Notes: a model not told the origin generated them from the letters alone. A DNA stretch of 64,000 nt from an uncultured Bdellovibrio sp. (GCA_963932905.1 CAWVRN010000006.1:1-64000), one strand, 5' to 3'. Positions 53,452 to 63,235 are shown, counted from the first letter of the stretch. Numbers and translations: made by a program.

Positions 53452-54684
53452 ATGAAGGCACTGATTACATTCGTTTTTATCGCGGCTTTAGCTTATGCCG
53501 GAGACAACAGCTGTCGTTCTTTTTATAATCCGTCAATTTCGGAGACACACCCAATACTAAGTCGCCCAGACGCCGTAATTTACGATGTCCATGCGGTCGG
53601 AAACTCCTGGGCAAACCCCTTTGCGCAAAACGACCCATCTACGTTTCGGACTCAGATATATAGCTCTTTCACCGTCACCCGCTTAAGGGAAAATCCAAAA
53701 ACCGGCAAACTTCCTGAAAATGTCGTTAATGAAAACTTTTTATATAACACCGGAATGCAGTCTAGCACAGGCTTGCTCTTTCTATTGGGCGAGAACAGCC
53801 GCTCACTGAGCCAAATTTATTCGAACTACGCAAAACAAGGCCCCGAACGCAGCGAAAATATCAAGACGTACCAACAAGAAGATCTAAGTTATCGCGATAG
53901 AACAACCCACTTTTTATTGCAGCAAAATTTAGAAACCGTCGGACGAATTCAGCTTCAGCATTCTTTGAGCCCCAGCCAGAAACTCAATGTCGAAGCTCAT
54001 TTTCCTGATGTTGCACCCAAAACGATTCGTTCTGGCCCAGGGAAAATTTTTTTCGAACTCGGTCGCCTTCATATTCCTCAGCCCAAAAAAGATGGCAAAG
54101 GCATAGTAGGCGAATACGAAAGACAGCTCGCATTTTACGAATTGTTCCTTAGACCATTAATGTACGCGATTAAACAGGCCCCAGAAGGGGCTATTGTTTT
54201 TCAAACCAACGCTCGTGTTTTGGCAACTATCAGAAATCGAATTCGGCCCTATCAACTGAAAGAAGTTTCTCTTATTTCCAAGCCAGGAGAACCGTTAGAA
54301 TACCTAACGATAATTAGGCCCAACGAGATTGCAAAGCTCACCAATGTGTTTTTCCTAAAACGATTCCAACTGATTTTACTAAATTTTCTTAGCTCCAGTA
54401 TGGGTGAATTAAGATTTACCATTCACCCGGACGAGAGAATTTATTATGACGACTTAGACGTCCATTCCCTAACTCAGTCATGGGCTCATCGCAATTACGA
54501 GCCGATCTTTAGAGAGCATTTCAAAAATGCGCTGGGACCTTTAAGAAATCTTAGAATTACGATGAACGCTACATTTTCGCTTGATACATCCGGATTTATT
54601 AATCCACATTTTATCTCGATTGGAAGACCAGAAGCCGAAACTTTATTTGAGCGCAGCCAACGTCGAATTCGTGAACTCTTTTAA
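53452..54684 (+). CDS. Secreted hypothetical protein with possible GNAT/acyl-synthase-like core
   Basis: Signal peptide AYA; VGRIQL...LNVEAHF...FFELGRLHI pattern (inference). Confidence 0.65.
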   Translation: MKALITFVFIAALAYAGDNSCRSFYNPSISETHPILSRPDAVIYDVHAVGNSWANPFAQNDPSTFRTQIYSSFTVTRLRENPKTGKLPENVVNENFLYNTGMQSSTGLLFLLGENSRSLSQIYSNYAKQGPERSENIKTYQQEDLSYRDRTTHFLLQQNLETVGRIQLQHSLSPSQKLNVEAHFPDVAPKTIRSGPGKIFFELGRLHIPQPKKDGKGIVGEYERQLAFYELFLRPLMYAIKQAPEGAIVFQTNARVLATIRNRIRPYQLKEVSLISKPGEPLEYLTIIRPNEIAKLTNVFFLKRFQLILLNFLSSSMGELRFTIHPDERIYYDDLDVHSLTQSWAHRNYEPIFREHFKNALGPLRNLRITMNATFSLDTSGFINPHFISIGRPEAETLFERSQRRIRELF

Positions 54685-55236
54685 GAGTTCTTCGTAATCG
54701 AAATCTTTGTTTTCGGAAATTCCATTCAGTATGAAACCGCTCAGTTGAATATGTATAATTTTAGCCTGCTGAAGCGGATTAACGTTTCTACTGAATATCC
54801 CCTGCCCCTGCCCTTCAGAGATAATTCCCGCAATCCGATGAATAGCGATGCGTTTGACTTGAGTATTAATCGATCGAAGTTTTTCGTCAAATACCGCCAG
54901 TGAATGCAATTGCATGTATATTTTAGTCAGTGCGGGATCTGAGTTGAATTGATCCCAAGATACAGCGATGTACTCCTTCAGTTTATCAATGGGATTTTTG
55001 TGCAAACTTAAGTTATTCGACGTACGTTCTATAGCTTCCTGATAAACGTGCTCCCATACTTTGGGAAAAATATCGTCTCTAGTCTTGAAATAGTGCATAA
55101 CCAAAGGTTGCGAGACTTTGCTTTTATCGGCAATTTTCTGAAACGTTGTTTGATGAAGTCCAATTGTACCCACACATTTGATGGCGGCGCGAACAATTCG
55201 TTTTTCTGTATTGAGCCCTTTTTTTAGCTTCATCAA
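54643..55236 (-). CDS. TetR family regulator (BetI-like C-terminus)
   Basis: TTFQKIADKSKVSQPLVMHYFKTRDD HTH. Confidence 0.95.
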   Translation of the reverse strand: MMKLKKGLNTEKRIVRAAIKCVGTIGLHQTTFQKIADKSKVSQPLVMHYFKTRDDIFPKVWEHVYQEAIERTSNNLSLHKNPIDKLKEYIAVSWDQFNSDPALTKIYMQLHSLAVFDEKLRSINTQVKRIAIHRIAGIISEGQGQGIFSRNVNPLQQAKIIHIQLSGFILNGISENKDFDYEELLKEFTNSTLAALK

Positions 55237-55367
55237 GCCTATTGGATCATATCCAGCGACAGAGTTCCAGTCGATAATGAAAGTGGCAACGGATTTATTT
55301 CTAATTATTTTTACAAAGATACTGTCGTTGCAGAACTAAGAGAATCTGGGCAAAGAATTGATACATT

Positions 55368-56318
55368 TCAGTTCGGAAGGGCTGGTAGTTGAGCACGGCA
55401 CGATTCAATGAGTTTTAAAAATTCTGGTTTTGAATTCATCCATCGTATCACCTCAAATTTCGACTTTGCCGGTGAAAAATGAAAAATAATTTGGTTCCAC
55501 AGCGCATTGCCTAACTTTTGATTTAAAGGGTGCTTCGAATTAATTTCGATATCTTTACCTTTCACGTATATAAACGGCAGACTGGCCGGCTTTAAACTGA
55601 CGTCGTCACCAAACGCAACGAATTTAGAATAATCCAATTCAGGGTGTTTCCCCCGTTGGGTTAAGAAAAAATTAGAAACTCGGCACGTCTTGCTTGTTTT
55701 ATAGTAACCATTCTCCATCATAATTTCTTCAACCGCATTCACTAATGACAACAAAAAGTCACCACGAAAATAAGCAAACATTTCTGAACGAGCAATTCGT
55801 CGATCGAAAACGGATAACTTCGAATAATTGGTTTTTAAATACTGATCCAAATCGGTTCCTAACATGGCCAACAATGTGATATCGACAGGATCTTTAGATT
55901 TTGGCAACCATGCGTATTCGGCATGGGAGAGTTCATGAAAAATAGTCGAAGCTTGGACTGACCAAATCGACGGTTCTGCGAATTCCAACTCGTTTATAGT
56001 TTTAATTCTTTTACGAGTTTTGCCATCAGTGCGAATTTCATCCGTCGTATGTTCTTCTTTCAATACAACCGTGTTTAATACACCATTGTAGGTTGCGGCC
56101 GCATCCTGATTAATCACTCCCCATTTTTCAAGCAAGCTAGGAAGCGCTAGTTTCGTTTTATGTTCAAGCAACACGTGTTGCATAAACATAGTATTCATCG
56201 GCAAACGTTGATCGAGAGAATTTAGGAAACTGTTAAATGGCTCAGCGACGGCAAGTTGTCCTGTCATCGCGAACATTCCTGTGAACAAAATTGAAAAACT
56301 CAAAACCTGTGGACGCAT
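55368..56318 (-). CDS. Secreted hypothetical protein with HExxH zincin motif
   Basis: GGAGG-led ATG at 56318, signal peptide AVA, IFHELSHAEY, downstream SEMFAY. Confidence 0.7.
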   Translation of the reverse strand: MRPQVLSFSILFTGMFAMTGQLAVAEPFNSFLNSLDQRLPMNTMFMQHVLLEHKTKLALPSLLEKWGVINQDAAATYNGVLNTVVLKEEHTTDEIRTDGKTRKRIKTINELEFAEPSIWSVQASTIFHELSHAEYAWLPKSKDPVDITLLAMLGTDLDQYLKTNYSKLSVFDRRIARSEMFAYFRGDFLLSLVNAVEEIMMENGYYKTSKTCRVSNFFLTQRGKHPELDYSKFVAFGDDVSLKPASLPFIYVKGKDIEINSKHPLNQKLGNALWNQIIFHFSPAKSKFEVIRWMNSKPEFLKLIESCRAQLPALPN

Positions 56319-56396
56319 GGACCCCTCCAGCAATTTCACGCTATCGCCTTAGAATTCACGTGACAACTGCAAATGACGCTGACTAGGATTTTATTC

Positions 56397-57272
56397 ATGA
56401 AAAAAATATTACTTACACTTGTCACACTTATACTAACTAGTTCCGTCTCTTATGGGTACGCAGGAAGCCTGATGTATATGGAATATCAAAACGTCGTGGA
56501 AGGAATTTTAAATGACGTAAAAGAATCGGCGCCGGATCGATTACCTGACGATGTCGTCTTCCCTGGCAAACCAAAACAAGTCGCATTGTTTTATGGTAAA
56601 GGCACTTGGGGTACAGGCAAAAACCAGCTCAAGAATTTTCTTTATAGCCATGGACGTTCATACAAACTGATTTATGAAAAAGACATTTTGAACGGTTCCC
56701 TGAACAAAGGTGGCTTCCATACTCTCATTATGCCGGGTGGAAAATCTTGGATCTACAATGAAAACCTTGGCGCTTCGGGTGCACAAGAAATTTTAAAATT
56801 CGTTAATGCGGGCGGAAACTATATTGGTATTTGTGCCGGTGCTTTCTATGCGACATCTCATAGGCAGGGACCTTCGCCGACTCCGATCAATTATGGTATT
56901 GGACTACTCAATGGTATTGCTCTTGACGGCACGGCTCTGAAAATGGCCTCGTTCAAAACTGGAATGTCTGACTATAAAGTTTTGATTCCTAACTTTAAAG
57001 ACACCTATCGCATTCTTTTACTGGGTGGTCCTTCACTACTTTACACAGATACAGAAGCTAAAACAAAAAAGATCCAGGTGTATTCAACTTTTGCTCCGAA
57101 TTTTCCAGCCATGATCGCTTTTGAGTTTGGCAAAGGCCGCGTATTTTTGTCAGGTCCACATTTAGAAGTCGAAGAAAGCCAATCCATCATCGGTGTTAAA
57201 TACCGCGATCCCGACAGTGAATGGCCAATCGTCGAATACGTATTCACGAACCATTTTAGAAATCCCAAGTAA
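56397..57272 (+). CDS. Exported class I glutamine-amidotransferase-like protein (BPL_N-like)
   Basis: LIMPGG, YIGICAGAFYA, SGPHLE; signal peptide from ATG 56397. Confidence 0.85.
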   Translation: MKKILLTLVTLILTSSVSYGYAGSLMYMEYQNVVEGILNDVKESAPDRLPDDVVFPGKPKQVALFYGKGTWGTGKNQLKNFLYSHGRSYKLIYEKDILNGSLNKGGFHTLIMPGGKSWIYNENLGASGAQEILKFVNAGGNYIGICAGAFYATSHRQGPSPTPINYGIGLLNGIALDGTALKMASFKTGMSDYKVLIPNFKDTYRILLLGGPSLLYTDTEAKTKKIQVYSTFAPNFPAMIAFEFGKGRVFLSGPHLEVEESQSIIGVKYRDPDSEWPIVEYVFTNHFRNPK

Positions 57273-57551
57273 GGTGATCCGTCTGTGGTTCGACAGCTCT
57301 GCCTAGAGCCACAGTCTTTTCCAGGACCTTCGAATTGTATCATTTTGAAATTCAATTTTCCTATGCAGATTTCTTGCTTCGTTATCTGACTAAAATCTTT
57401 CGTCTTTAAAAAAACAGAATTTATTGTTACCCAAAAAAACGCATTAAAACCACAGACCTAACTAAAGTCACCCACTCTTTGGTCCGATGGACTTTGTGAG
57501 TGTGAACCGCATGTAACTTCCGAAGCACTTACATAAAAAAAAGGATGACTT

Positions 57552-58355
57552 ATGAATGGGAAGTTATTTTCACGTATTCTCTTAGCTTCTAGTCTGACGT
57601 TTCTGATTCAATGCTCTCCGGGCAGTTTCAAATCAGAAAATAGTCCGACCAGCAGTTCTAACAATTCTACCTCTACGGGAGGAGGTGGCGGTGGTGGCAC
57701 AACAACAGATGACTTGGCCGCACGTCGTAAAACTTTAGAAAAGGCTATCGCTTCGGCCAGTATGACTGGGTATGCCCTAACCGGAGCGATCCCAAGCTCA
57801 ACCGTTCCTTACATCGATTTTGATCGCGCGAATGGAAACTTTGTAATTCGTGTTCCTATGACTAACTTTGGATCGCTGACTAGCATCGACATGACGTTCC
57901 CGGAATATCCTGGAATGCGCCTGTATATAGACTATCTTTCTTCGATGCCTTACACGACGCTGATCATTCCGGTGAAGTATGTGCTGCGAAATGTCACAGA
58001 GGTTCCTGCGAAGCTACCTAATGGCAATACCGTGCCTCTTTTTCCGGCGGGCGAGGCGCCATCACGCGCTATTTTGCTGACTCCGAATAAGGAAAGAAAA
58101 GTCTATCTGTACTTAAGCGCTGAAGCTTTTGGCCTATTTGCAGAAACTTCATTCAATCCGTTAGCATCGTTCAGCGTTTCGGGCATCCCTGTTCAGTTAA
58201 ATGATCTGATTTTTACAATCTCGGACAAGAATCAAAATCCACTTGGGTATATTACTCTTGTGGGTGAAAAAGCCCCGTATAAGGGCGGGTTCTTCATTTC
58301 GCACAAAATTGACCCAAAGTTGGGTAAGATTTTGGACGAGTACTACCTGAACTAA
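57552..58355 (+). CDS. Hypothetical lipoprotein with Ser/Gly linker
   Basis: FLIQC lipobox then SSSNNSTSTGGGGGGGTTT. Confidence 0.8.
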   Translation: MNGKLFSRILLASSLTFLIQCSPGSFKSENSPTSSSNNSTSTGGGGGGGTTTDDLAARRKTLEKAIASASMTGYALTGAIPSSTVPYIDFDRANGNFVIRVPMTNFGSLTSIDMTFPEYPGMRLYIDYLSSMPYTTLIIPVKYVLRNVTEVPAKLPNGNTVPLFPAGEAPSRAILLTPNKERKVYLYLSAEAFGLFAETSFNPLASFSVSGIPVQLNDLIFTISDKNQNPLGYITLVGEKAPYKGGFFISHKIDPKLGKILDEYYLN

Positions 58356-58393
58356 ATCAATTCTTAACAATAATTTAAGCCGAGATTAGGTAG

Positions 58394-58413
58394 GGAATTA
58401 GGAAACTAATTCC
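58394..58413 (+). terminator. Hairpin after the lipoprotein gene
   Basis: GGAATTAG-GAAA-CTAATTCC. Confidence 0.55.
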
Positions 58414-58494
58414 TTGCCGTTAAAAAAAAGCTCCGTTAGCATCAGACTTGTGATTAATTAAACCGCTATCGAACGGACCTCGAAGGAGTTTTTT

Positions 58495-59010
58495 ATGGCT
58501 AAATCTAAAAAGAAAAAACCAGCACCAAAAGCAAAAAAGGCAGTAAAAGCCACAAAGAAAGCAGCGCCAAAAGCTAAGGCAAAAGCAACTAAAAAAGCAG
58601 CTCCTAAAAAGGCCGCTAAAGCGACTAAAAAAGCAGCCCCTGCTAAGAAAGCAACAGCGAAAGCAGCAAAAAAAGCAGCTCCTAAAAAAGCCGCTAAACC
58701 AGCTCCTGCTAAGAAAGCTAAAAAAGTAGCCGCGGCAGCAGCAGCCGCTGGCGCAGGGATGATGATCAGCGAAGAAACTGAAAAATCATTGGACGAATTA
58801 ACTTCTGAATTCGAAGATGATTCCGAAATGGAAACAGTAACTGGTTTAGATGATGAACCAACTGCTGAAGACGAAGATGACAACTGGGATGACGCTGAAG
58901 AATCAGAAAAATTCGAAGACATGGAAGAAAGCGATGATGACATTGCTGGCGACGATGACGACGATACTGATGACGAAGACGAAGATGATGGTGAGGAAGG
59001 TTACTTCTAA
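58495..59010 (+). CDS. Bipartite protein: histone H1-like Lys/Ala/Pro N-half and Asp/Glu C-half
   Basis: KKAAPKKAA repeats, poly-Ala hinge, acidic tail; GAAGGAG SD; promoter TTGCCG-N17-TAGCAT (58414-58442); own terminator. Confidence 0.88.
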   Translation: MAKSKKKKPAPKAKKAVKATKKAAPKAKAKATKKAAPKKAAKATKKAAPAKKATAKAAKKAAPKKAAKPAPAKKAKKVAAAAAAAGAGMMISEETEKSLDELTSEFEDDSEMETVTGLDDEPTAEDEDDNWDDAEESEKFEDMEESDDDIAGDDDDDTDDEDEDDGEEGYF

Positions 59011-59036
59011 ACTTTCATTTCAATAATGAAAAACTC

Positions 59037-59065
59037 AAAGCCCACTTTAGAGTGGGCTTTTTTTT
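59037..59065. terminator. Bidirectional intrinsic terminator
   Basis: AAAGCCCACT-TTAG-AGTGGGCTTTTTTTT between convergent genes. Confidence 0.9.
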
Positions 59066-59067
59066 GT

Positions 59068-60930
59068 CTAAATTCCCAGGCGCACACCTGCAAAAAATTC
59101 TAAGCCTGGATTTCTATAGCCATAGCTTTCGTCGTATTTTTCAGAAAGCAGGTTTTGTCCACGGAAGTAGAGCGACATTTCTTCGAGCGAAACTGACCGC
59201 GCAAATCCTTCGGACAAATTGAAAATGTAACTTGAACTTAATGTCGTGTACGGAGGCAAACTCACGGTCTGAGTTGAGTTTTTAGTGTCATCGCGAGAAC
59301 CCCTAGCAACCAATTCTAGATTCCAAGTCGATTGCTCATCTTTCCTACTGTATACAAGACTTGCACTTTGTAATGGTCTACGCACTAACCACTTGCCCGT
59401 ATTGATATCGCGAGGTTCTTGATAAGCCATATTAACCGTTAGCTTTTGATCAAATGTGAATCGATACGACGCCGCCGCTTCGATACCTCGAGTGATCGTA
59501 CGACCGACATTGTAGTACTGCAAAGGATTACCACGAGCTGCGATTAGGTTTTCAATATGAGTTTCAAACACCGTGACGGAGGTTTCTAACTCTTCATTAA
59601 TAACTTTATCGTGGCTCAAAGAGAATGTGCGTGATGATTCTGGATTTAACCAGGAATTTCCTTTGTTTGAAAATAGCTGATACAGCGAAGGCAATCTGTA
59701 GCCTGTAGAATGTTCCAATTTAAAATCTTCGTATTTCACACCGACTTGATAGGTTCCTACATCCCGATAATGTAAATCGGTATCGTAACGATAGCCCGCC
59801 TGCAGAGACAAATCCGACATCGGCAAATATTCTACTTTGGTGAATGTACCCGCCATCTCGTTGCTTTGTTCGGCTTGCATTTGTTTGAAAGTTTCATACA
59901 ACATCGTTTCTTTTTGGAAACTAGCCCCCACATCCCATTTCCAAGACTCTTCATTTAACAAACGAAATTCAAGGCGCACTGGGATCAATGTACTTTTGTA
60001 TTCCTGATTGTCCTCGGTTGAGCTGAACTGATTTATGCCTTGGTTATACACGCGATGAGCATCCACAAATCCAGCTGATAAAAATGGTCGATACCAAACT
60101 GAATTATTTCTGTAAGCCATTTGGTACTGATTCACTTCACTAAATGTAATAAAATCTAACGTATCTGCCGATTTAAAATCAGTGTAAGAAAAACCCGTCG
60201 CATTTTCGTTACGATCAGTTGTATGCGATAGTTTGATATTGAACTGATAATCATCACGCAACAAATAAACGGCTTCCACATTGTCTTTGCGTCGTTTGTA
60301 TTTGAAATCCGAGTTTTCCACTGGGCTTGGTGAGTTTTGGTATTGATACTGGCCGCGTACGATGGCCATAGACGTTTCCGAAATTGCTTTATAGAAATCG
60401 CCGCTGACTTCGCGATAATCACTGCTGCCACCTTGGATATCTAGGCGATGGTTTTCTTTCCATGTTCTAGGTAGTGTGTCGATTTTAATAACAGCGCTCA
60501 GCGCTTGTCCGCCATACCAAACCGATTGACTGCCCTTGATCACTGTAATTCGCTGAACCGAATTTAAGCTGATCGAATTTAAATTGAATGAACGTTGAAC
60601 CGTTGAAGCATCATAAACAGGTATGTCATCGATAACAATCAAGACTTGGCTGGAATCGCCACCGCGCACAAGTAGTGAGTTGGGCTGAAATGCCGAGTTC
60701 GTAATATTGATATTGGCCTTGGTGGACAATAGCTCCGACATATTCGGTGCTTTTGAATTTTGAATTTCTTCTTCATCAATCACAACGCGCGATGAGGTCG
60801 AAAACGAAGTGTCGTAAACTTTGGTTTCGTACTTCGCTGCCTCGTTCTTGCTGGTCGTCGTTGTCGTGGTTGTCGTTTGGGCAGCAACAGTAGCTGCCAA
60901 GGCCAATAGTGATATTAAAATGTATTTCAT
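59068..60930 (-). CDS. TonB-dependent receptor (BtuB-like)
   Basis: Plug LLVRGGDSSQVLIVIDDIPV, GYRLPSLYQL, LNPESS, C-terminal barrel strand. Confidence 0.92.
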   Translation of the reverse strand: MKYILISLLALAATVAAQTTTTTTTTSKNEAAKYETKVYDTSFSTSSRVVIDEEEIQNSKAPNMSELLSTKANINITNSAFQPNSLLVRGGDSSQVLIVIDDIPVYDASTVQRSFNLNSISLNSVQRITVIKGSQSVWYGGQALSAVIKIDTLPRTWKENHRLDIQGGSSDYREVSGDFYKAISETSMAIVRGQYQYQNSPSPVENSDFKYKRRKDNVEAVYLLRDDYQFNIKLSHTTDRNENATGFSYTDFKSADTLDFITFSEVNQYQMAYRNNSVWYRPFLSAGFVDAHRVYNQGINQFSSTEDNQEYKSTLIPVRLEFRLLNEESWKWDVGASFQKETMLYETFKQMQAEQSNEMAGTFTKVEYLPMSDLSLQAGYRYDTDLHYRDVGTYQVGVKYEDFKLEHSTGYRLPSLYQLFSNKGNSWLNPESSRTFSLSHDKVINEELETSVTVFETHIENLIAARGNPLQYYNVGRTITRGIEAAASYRFTFDQKLTVNMAYQEPRDINTGKWLVRRPLQSASLVYSRKDEQSTWNLELVARGSRDDTKNSTQTVSLPPYTTLSSSYIFNLSEGFARSVSLEEMSLYFRGQNLLSEKYDESYGYRNPGLEFFAGVRLGI

Positions 60931-60986
60931 GAGCCAATTTTTAAACCAAAATCGGTTTAATTCAACAAATGACTGCTAGTTGAAAC

Positions 60987-61919
60987 CTAGTTGCCTTTAT
61001 AAAGTTGAACAGTAGAGCCATTGATCTGCAAACTGGGTTGTAGTGACTCGATTAGCTTATATGGTGACAGCATCATCATCAAAGAAATATCCTTGAATGG
61101 AATTTCCTTATCCGGAGTCACAGCTAACTTCACCGACTGAGGATTATGAAGGAAATCACGAAGCCCTGTTTTGATTTCAGAGTCTTCTATGTTGGCGGGA
61201 TCACGTTTAGTATCGGTTTTTTCAAAGGCTATATATCTATCCAAAGATACATTGTTTTTTTCTGCTAAAGATCTCACACTAGTCATCAACGAATTATCCA
61301 CATATTCCACCGAGAACCGCTTCACCGAGCTTTGCTGAAATTGTGACATATCTTTTAAATCCAGACCGTTAGGTAAAGAAAAATCCGTTAAGTGAGCACT
61401 CACGCTCAGTTTACCCATTTGCAAACCTTCGACAGAAAGTTCATTCAGATAAAAATCTCTTGTTTCAACTTTATAGTCGTAATCGGACACGATATTCAGC
61501 ACTAACTTTTCATACCCCAATTCGGTCAGTGCCGATTTTAATCGCGGGGACAGATATACTTCGTTTAATTCTAGTTTCTGTACGGAAATTTTCAGTTTTG
61601 TTAGATCGCCAAAATCCATTTCACCTTGGGTGATGTTGTACAATTCCACAAATGACCAACTCGAAAAATCCACGCGGTCGGTCGACAATACTTTTTCACC
61701 CTCTTTTGTATTAATGTTCAACTTATTAATGCGAATTCTAAGAGGAATATAAGATAAGCGAACATCTTCGAAAGTTAATTCTAAGCCATATTTATAAACG
61801 GCGTCTTGCACATCGGTCATATGGGCTTGCAGATGTTCCTGAGCTAGCTGAGGTATTACAAAGTTTAGGCTTAAGAACGCGGTAATTAAAAAACTAAGCA
61901 CAACCACTTTTATTTTCAC
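60987..61919 (-). CDS. Hypothetical N-terminally anchored protein (AsmA-like N-terminus possible)
   Basis: N-terminal TM, GAGG SD before GTG, beta-rich. Confidence 0.7.
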   Translation of the reverse strand: MKIKVVVLSFLITAFLSLNFVIPQLAQEHLQAHMTDVQDAVYKYGLELTFEDVRLSYIPLRIRINKLNINTKEGEKVLSTDRVDFSSWSFVELYNITQGEMDFGDLTKLKISVQKLELNEVYLSPRLKSALTELGYEKLVLNIVSDYDYKVETRDFYLNELSVEGLQMGKLSVSAHLTDFSLPNGLDLKDMSQFQQSSVKRFSVEYVDNSLMTSVRSLAEKNNVSLDRYIAFEKTDTKRDPANIEDSEIKTGLRDFLHNPQSVKLAVTPDKEIPFKDISLMMMLSPYKLIESLQPSLQINGSTVQLYKGN

Positions 61920-62026
61920 AAAACCTCACCAGCCGCTAAGGGCGCTATTCATCACTGGTTAGATCGGGAGAATGGGTTGGGAAATAAAGGTCTAAGGGAA
62001 ATAATTAAGAAAATTTTTACTGTCTC

Positions 62027-62060
62027 AAAAAAAGAAAAAGGGCTTTTACTAAAGCCCTTT
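62027..62060 (-). terminator. Intrinsic terminator after the sigma54 activator
   Basis: AAAGGGCTTT-TACT-AAAGCCCTTT with flanking A-tract. Confidence 0.8.
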
Positions 62061-62161
62061 AAAAAACTGCAGACGTTCTATATTTGATGGCTATCAGGTA
62101 ACGTTCCACTGCCATACTTAAACTTTTTTCAGAAACCCATTTTCAGAGTTTCTGTCTAAAT

Positions 62162-63235
62162 TTACTTCATCGGTTTTGAATGTACCGCAAACTTATCAAA
62201 TTCACCGTATTCGTGAAGTTTGTTGTACAGAGTCTTAATTGTAATACCTAGGCTATTAGCCGCTTGCGTTTTGTTACCGCTAAAGTGACCAAGGGCTTTA
62301 AGGATGTACTTTTTCTCGATTTCATAAAGAGGGATGTTTGGATCGTACTCTAAGAAATCGATTTCAACTTCAGGGCTTTGGATATAGTCTGGAAGATCAC
62401 CAATCTCGATTTGGTGTCCTTCTGAAAGAATTTGCAGACGTTCACAAACGTTTTGCAATTCTCTGATATTTCCTGGCCAGTCGTATTTCATCAACAATTG
62501 AACCGCTTCAGTCGAAATAGTTTTCATTTTTCCGTACTGAGCTTGTGGTGATGAATTCATAAAATGCTGGATCAAAAGAGGAATGTCCTCTTTACGACGT
62601 CTTAAAGGAGGCGCGTTTACTACGATCGTGTTGATACGATAGAATAAATCTTCGCGGAAATTACCTTTTTGAACTTCTTGATCAAGCTCTCTGTTTGTAG
62701 CCGAGATTAAACGGATATCTACTTTGATTGGGTCTTTACCACCAACGCGGAAGATTTCGCCTTCTTGGATAAAACGTAAAAGTTTAGCTTGGATGCCGTG
62801 AGAAAGCTCACCGATTTCATCTAAGAATAAAGTTCCACCGTTAGCGACTTCAGCTAAACCGATCTTACGTGTGTAAGCGCCGGTGAATGAACCTTTTTCG
62901 TGTCCAAACAATTCGCTCTCAAGCAACGTTTCACGTAAAGCGCCGCAGTTAATAGCGACGAAAGGACGGCTCTTACGAGTCGACTTTTCATGAACCGCAC
63001 GAGCCAGTAATTCCTTACCAGTTCCAGACTCACCTAATACTAATACGTTAGCATTAGAAGGAGCTACACGGTCGATCATCTTCATCAAGTTACCCATCGC
63101 TTCTGATTGGTAAATGATTGATCGAGTGATCATTTGAGCCGGCTTAGCCTGCTCGATGGGTTTGCCCCAAAGCACTTGGTTTTGGGATTGGCTCGTCGGT
63201 AGGACCTGTGACGAGGAAATTGAATTATCGTTCAT
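62162..63235 (-). CDS. sigma54-dependent AAA+ activator with Fis-type HTH and no N-terminal sensor domain
   Basis: [49 protein letters not shown]. Confidence 0.96.
   Translation of the reverse strand: MNDNSISSSQVLPTSQSQNQVLWGKPIEQAKPAQMITRSIIYQSEAMGNLMKMIDRVAPSNANVLVLGESGTGKELLARAVHEKSTRKSRPFVAINCGALRETLLESELFGHEKGSFTGAYTRKIGLAEVANGGTLFLDEIGELSHGIQAKLLRFIQEGEIFRVGGKDPIKVDIRLISATNRELDQEVQKGNFREDLFYRINTIVVNAPPLRRRKEDIPLLIQHFMNSSPQAQYGKMKTISTEAVQLLMKYDWPGNIRELQNVCERLQILSEGHQIEIGDLPDYIQSPEVEIDFLEYDPNIPLYEIEKKYILKALGHFSGNKTQAANSLGITIKTLYNKLHEYGEFDKFAVHSKPMK

Noticed and set aside
58458..58943. 161-aa minus-strand Ser-rich/hydrophobic ORF
   Set aside because: Antisense mirror of the low-complexity H1-like gene, which has the SD, promoter and terminator.
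60931..60986. Possible cobalamin riboswitch before the BtuB-like receptor
   Set aside because: Only 56 nt intergenic and no B12-box; the receptor substrate stays unassigned.
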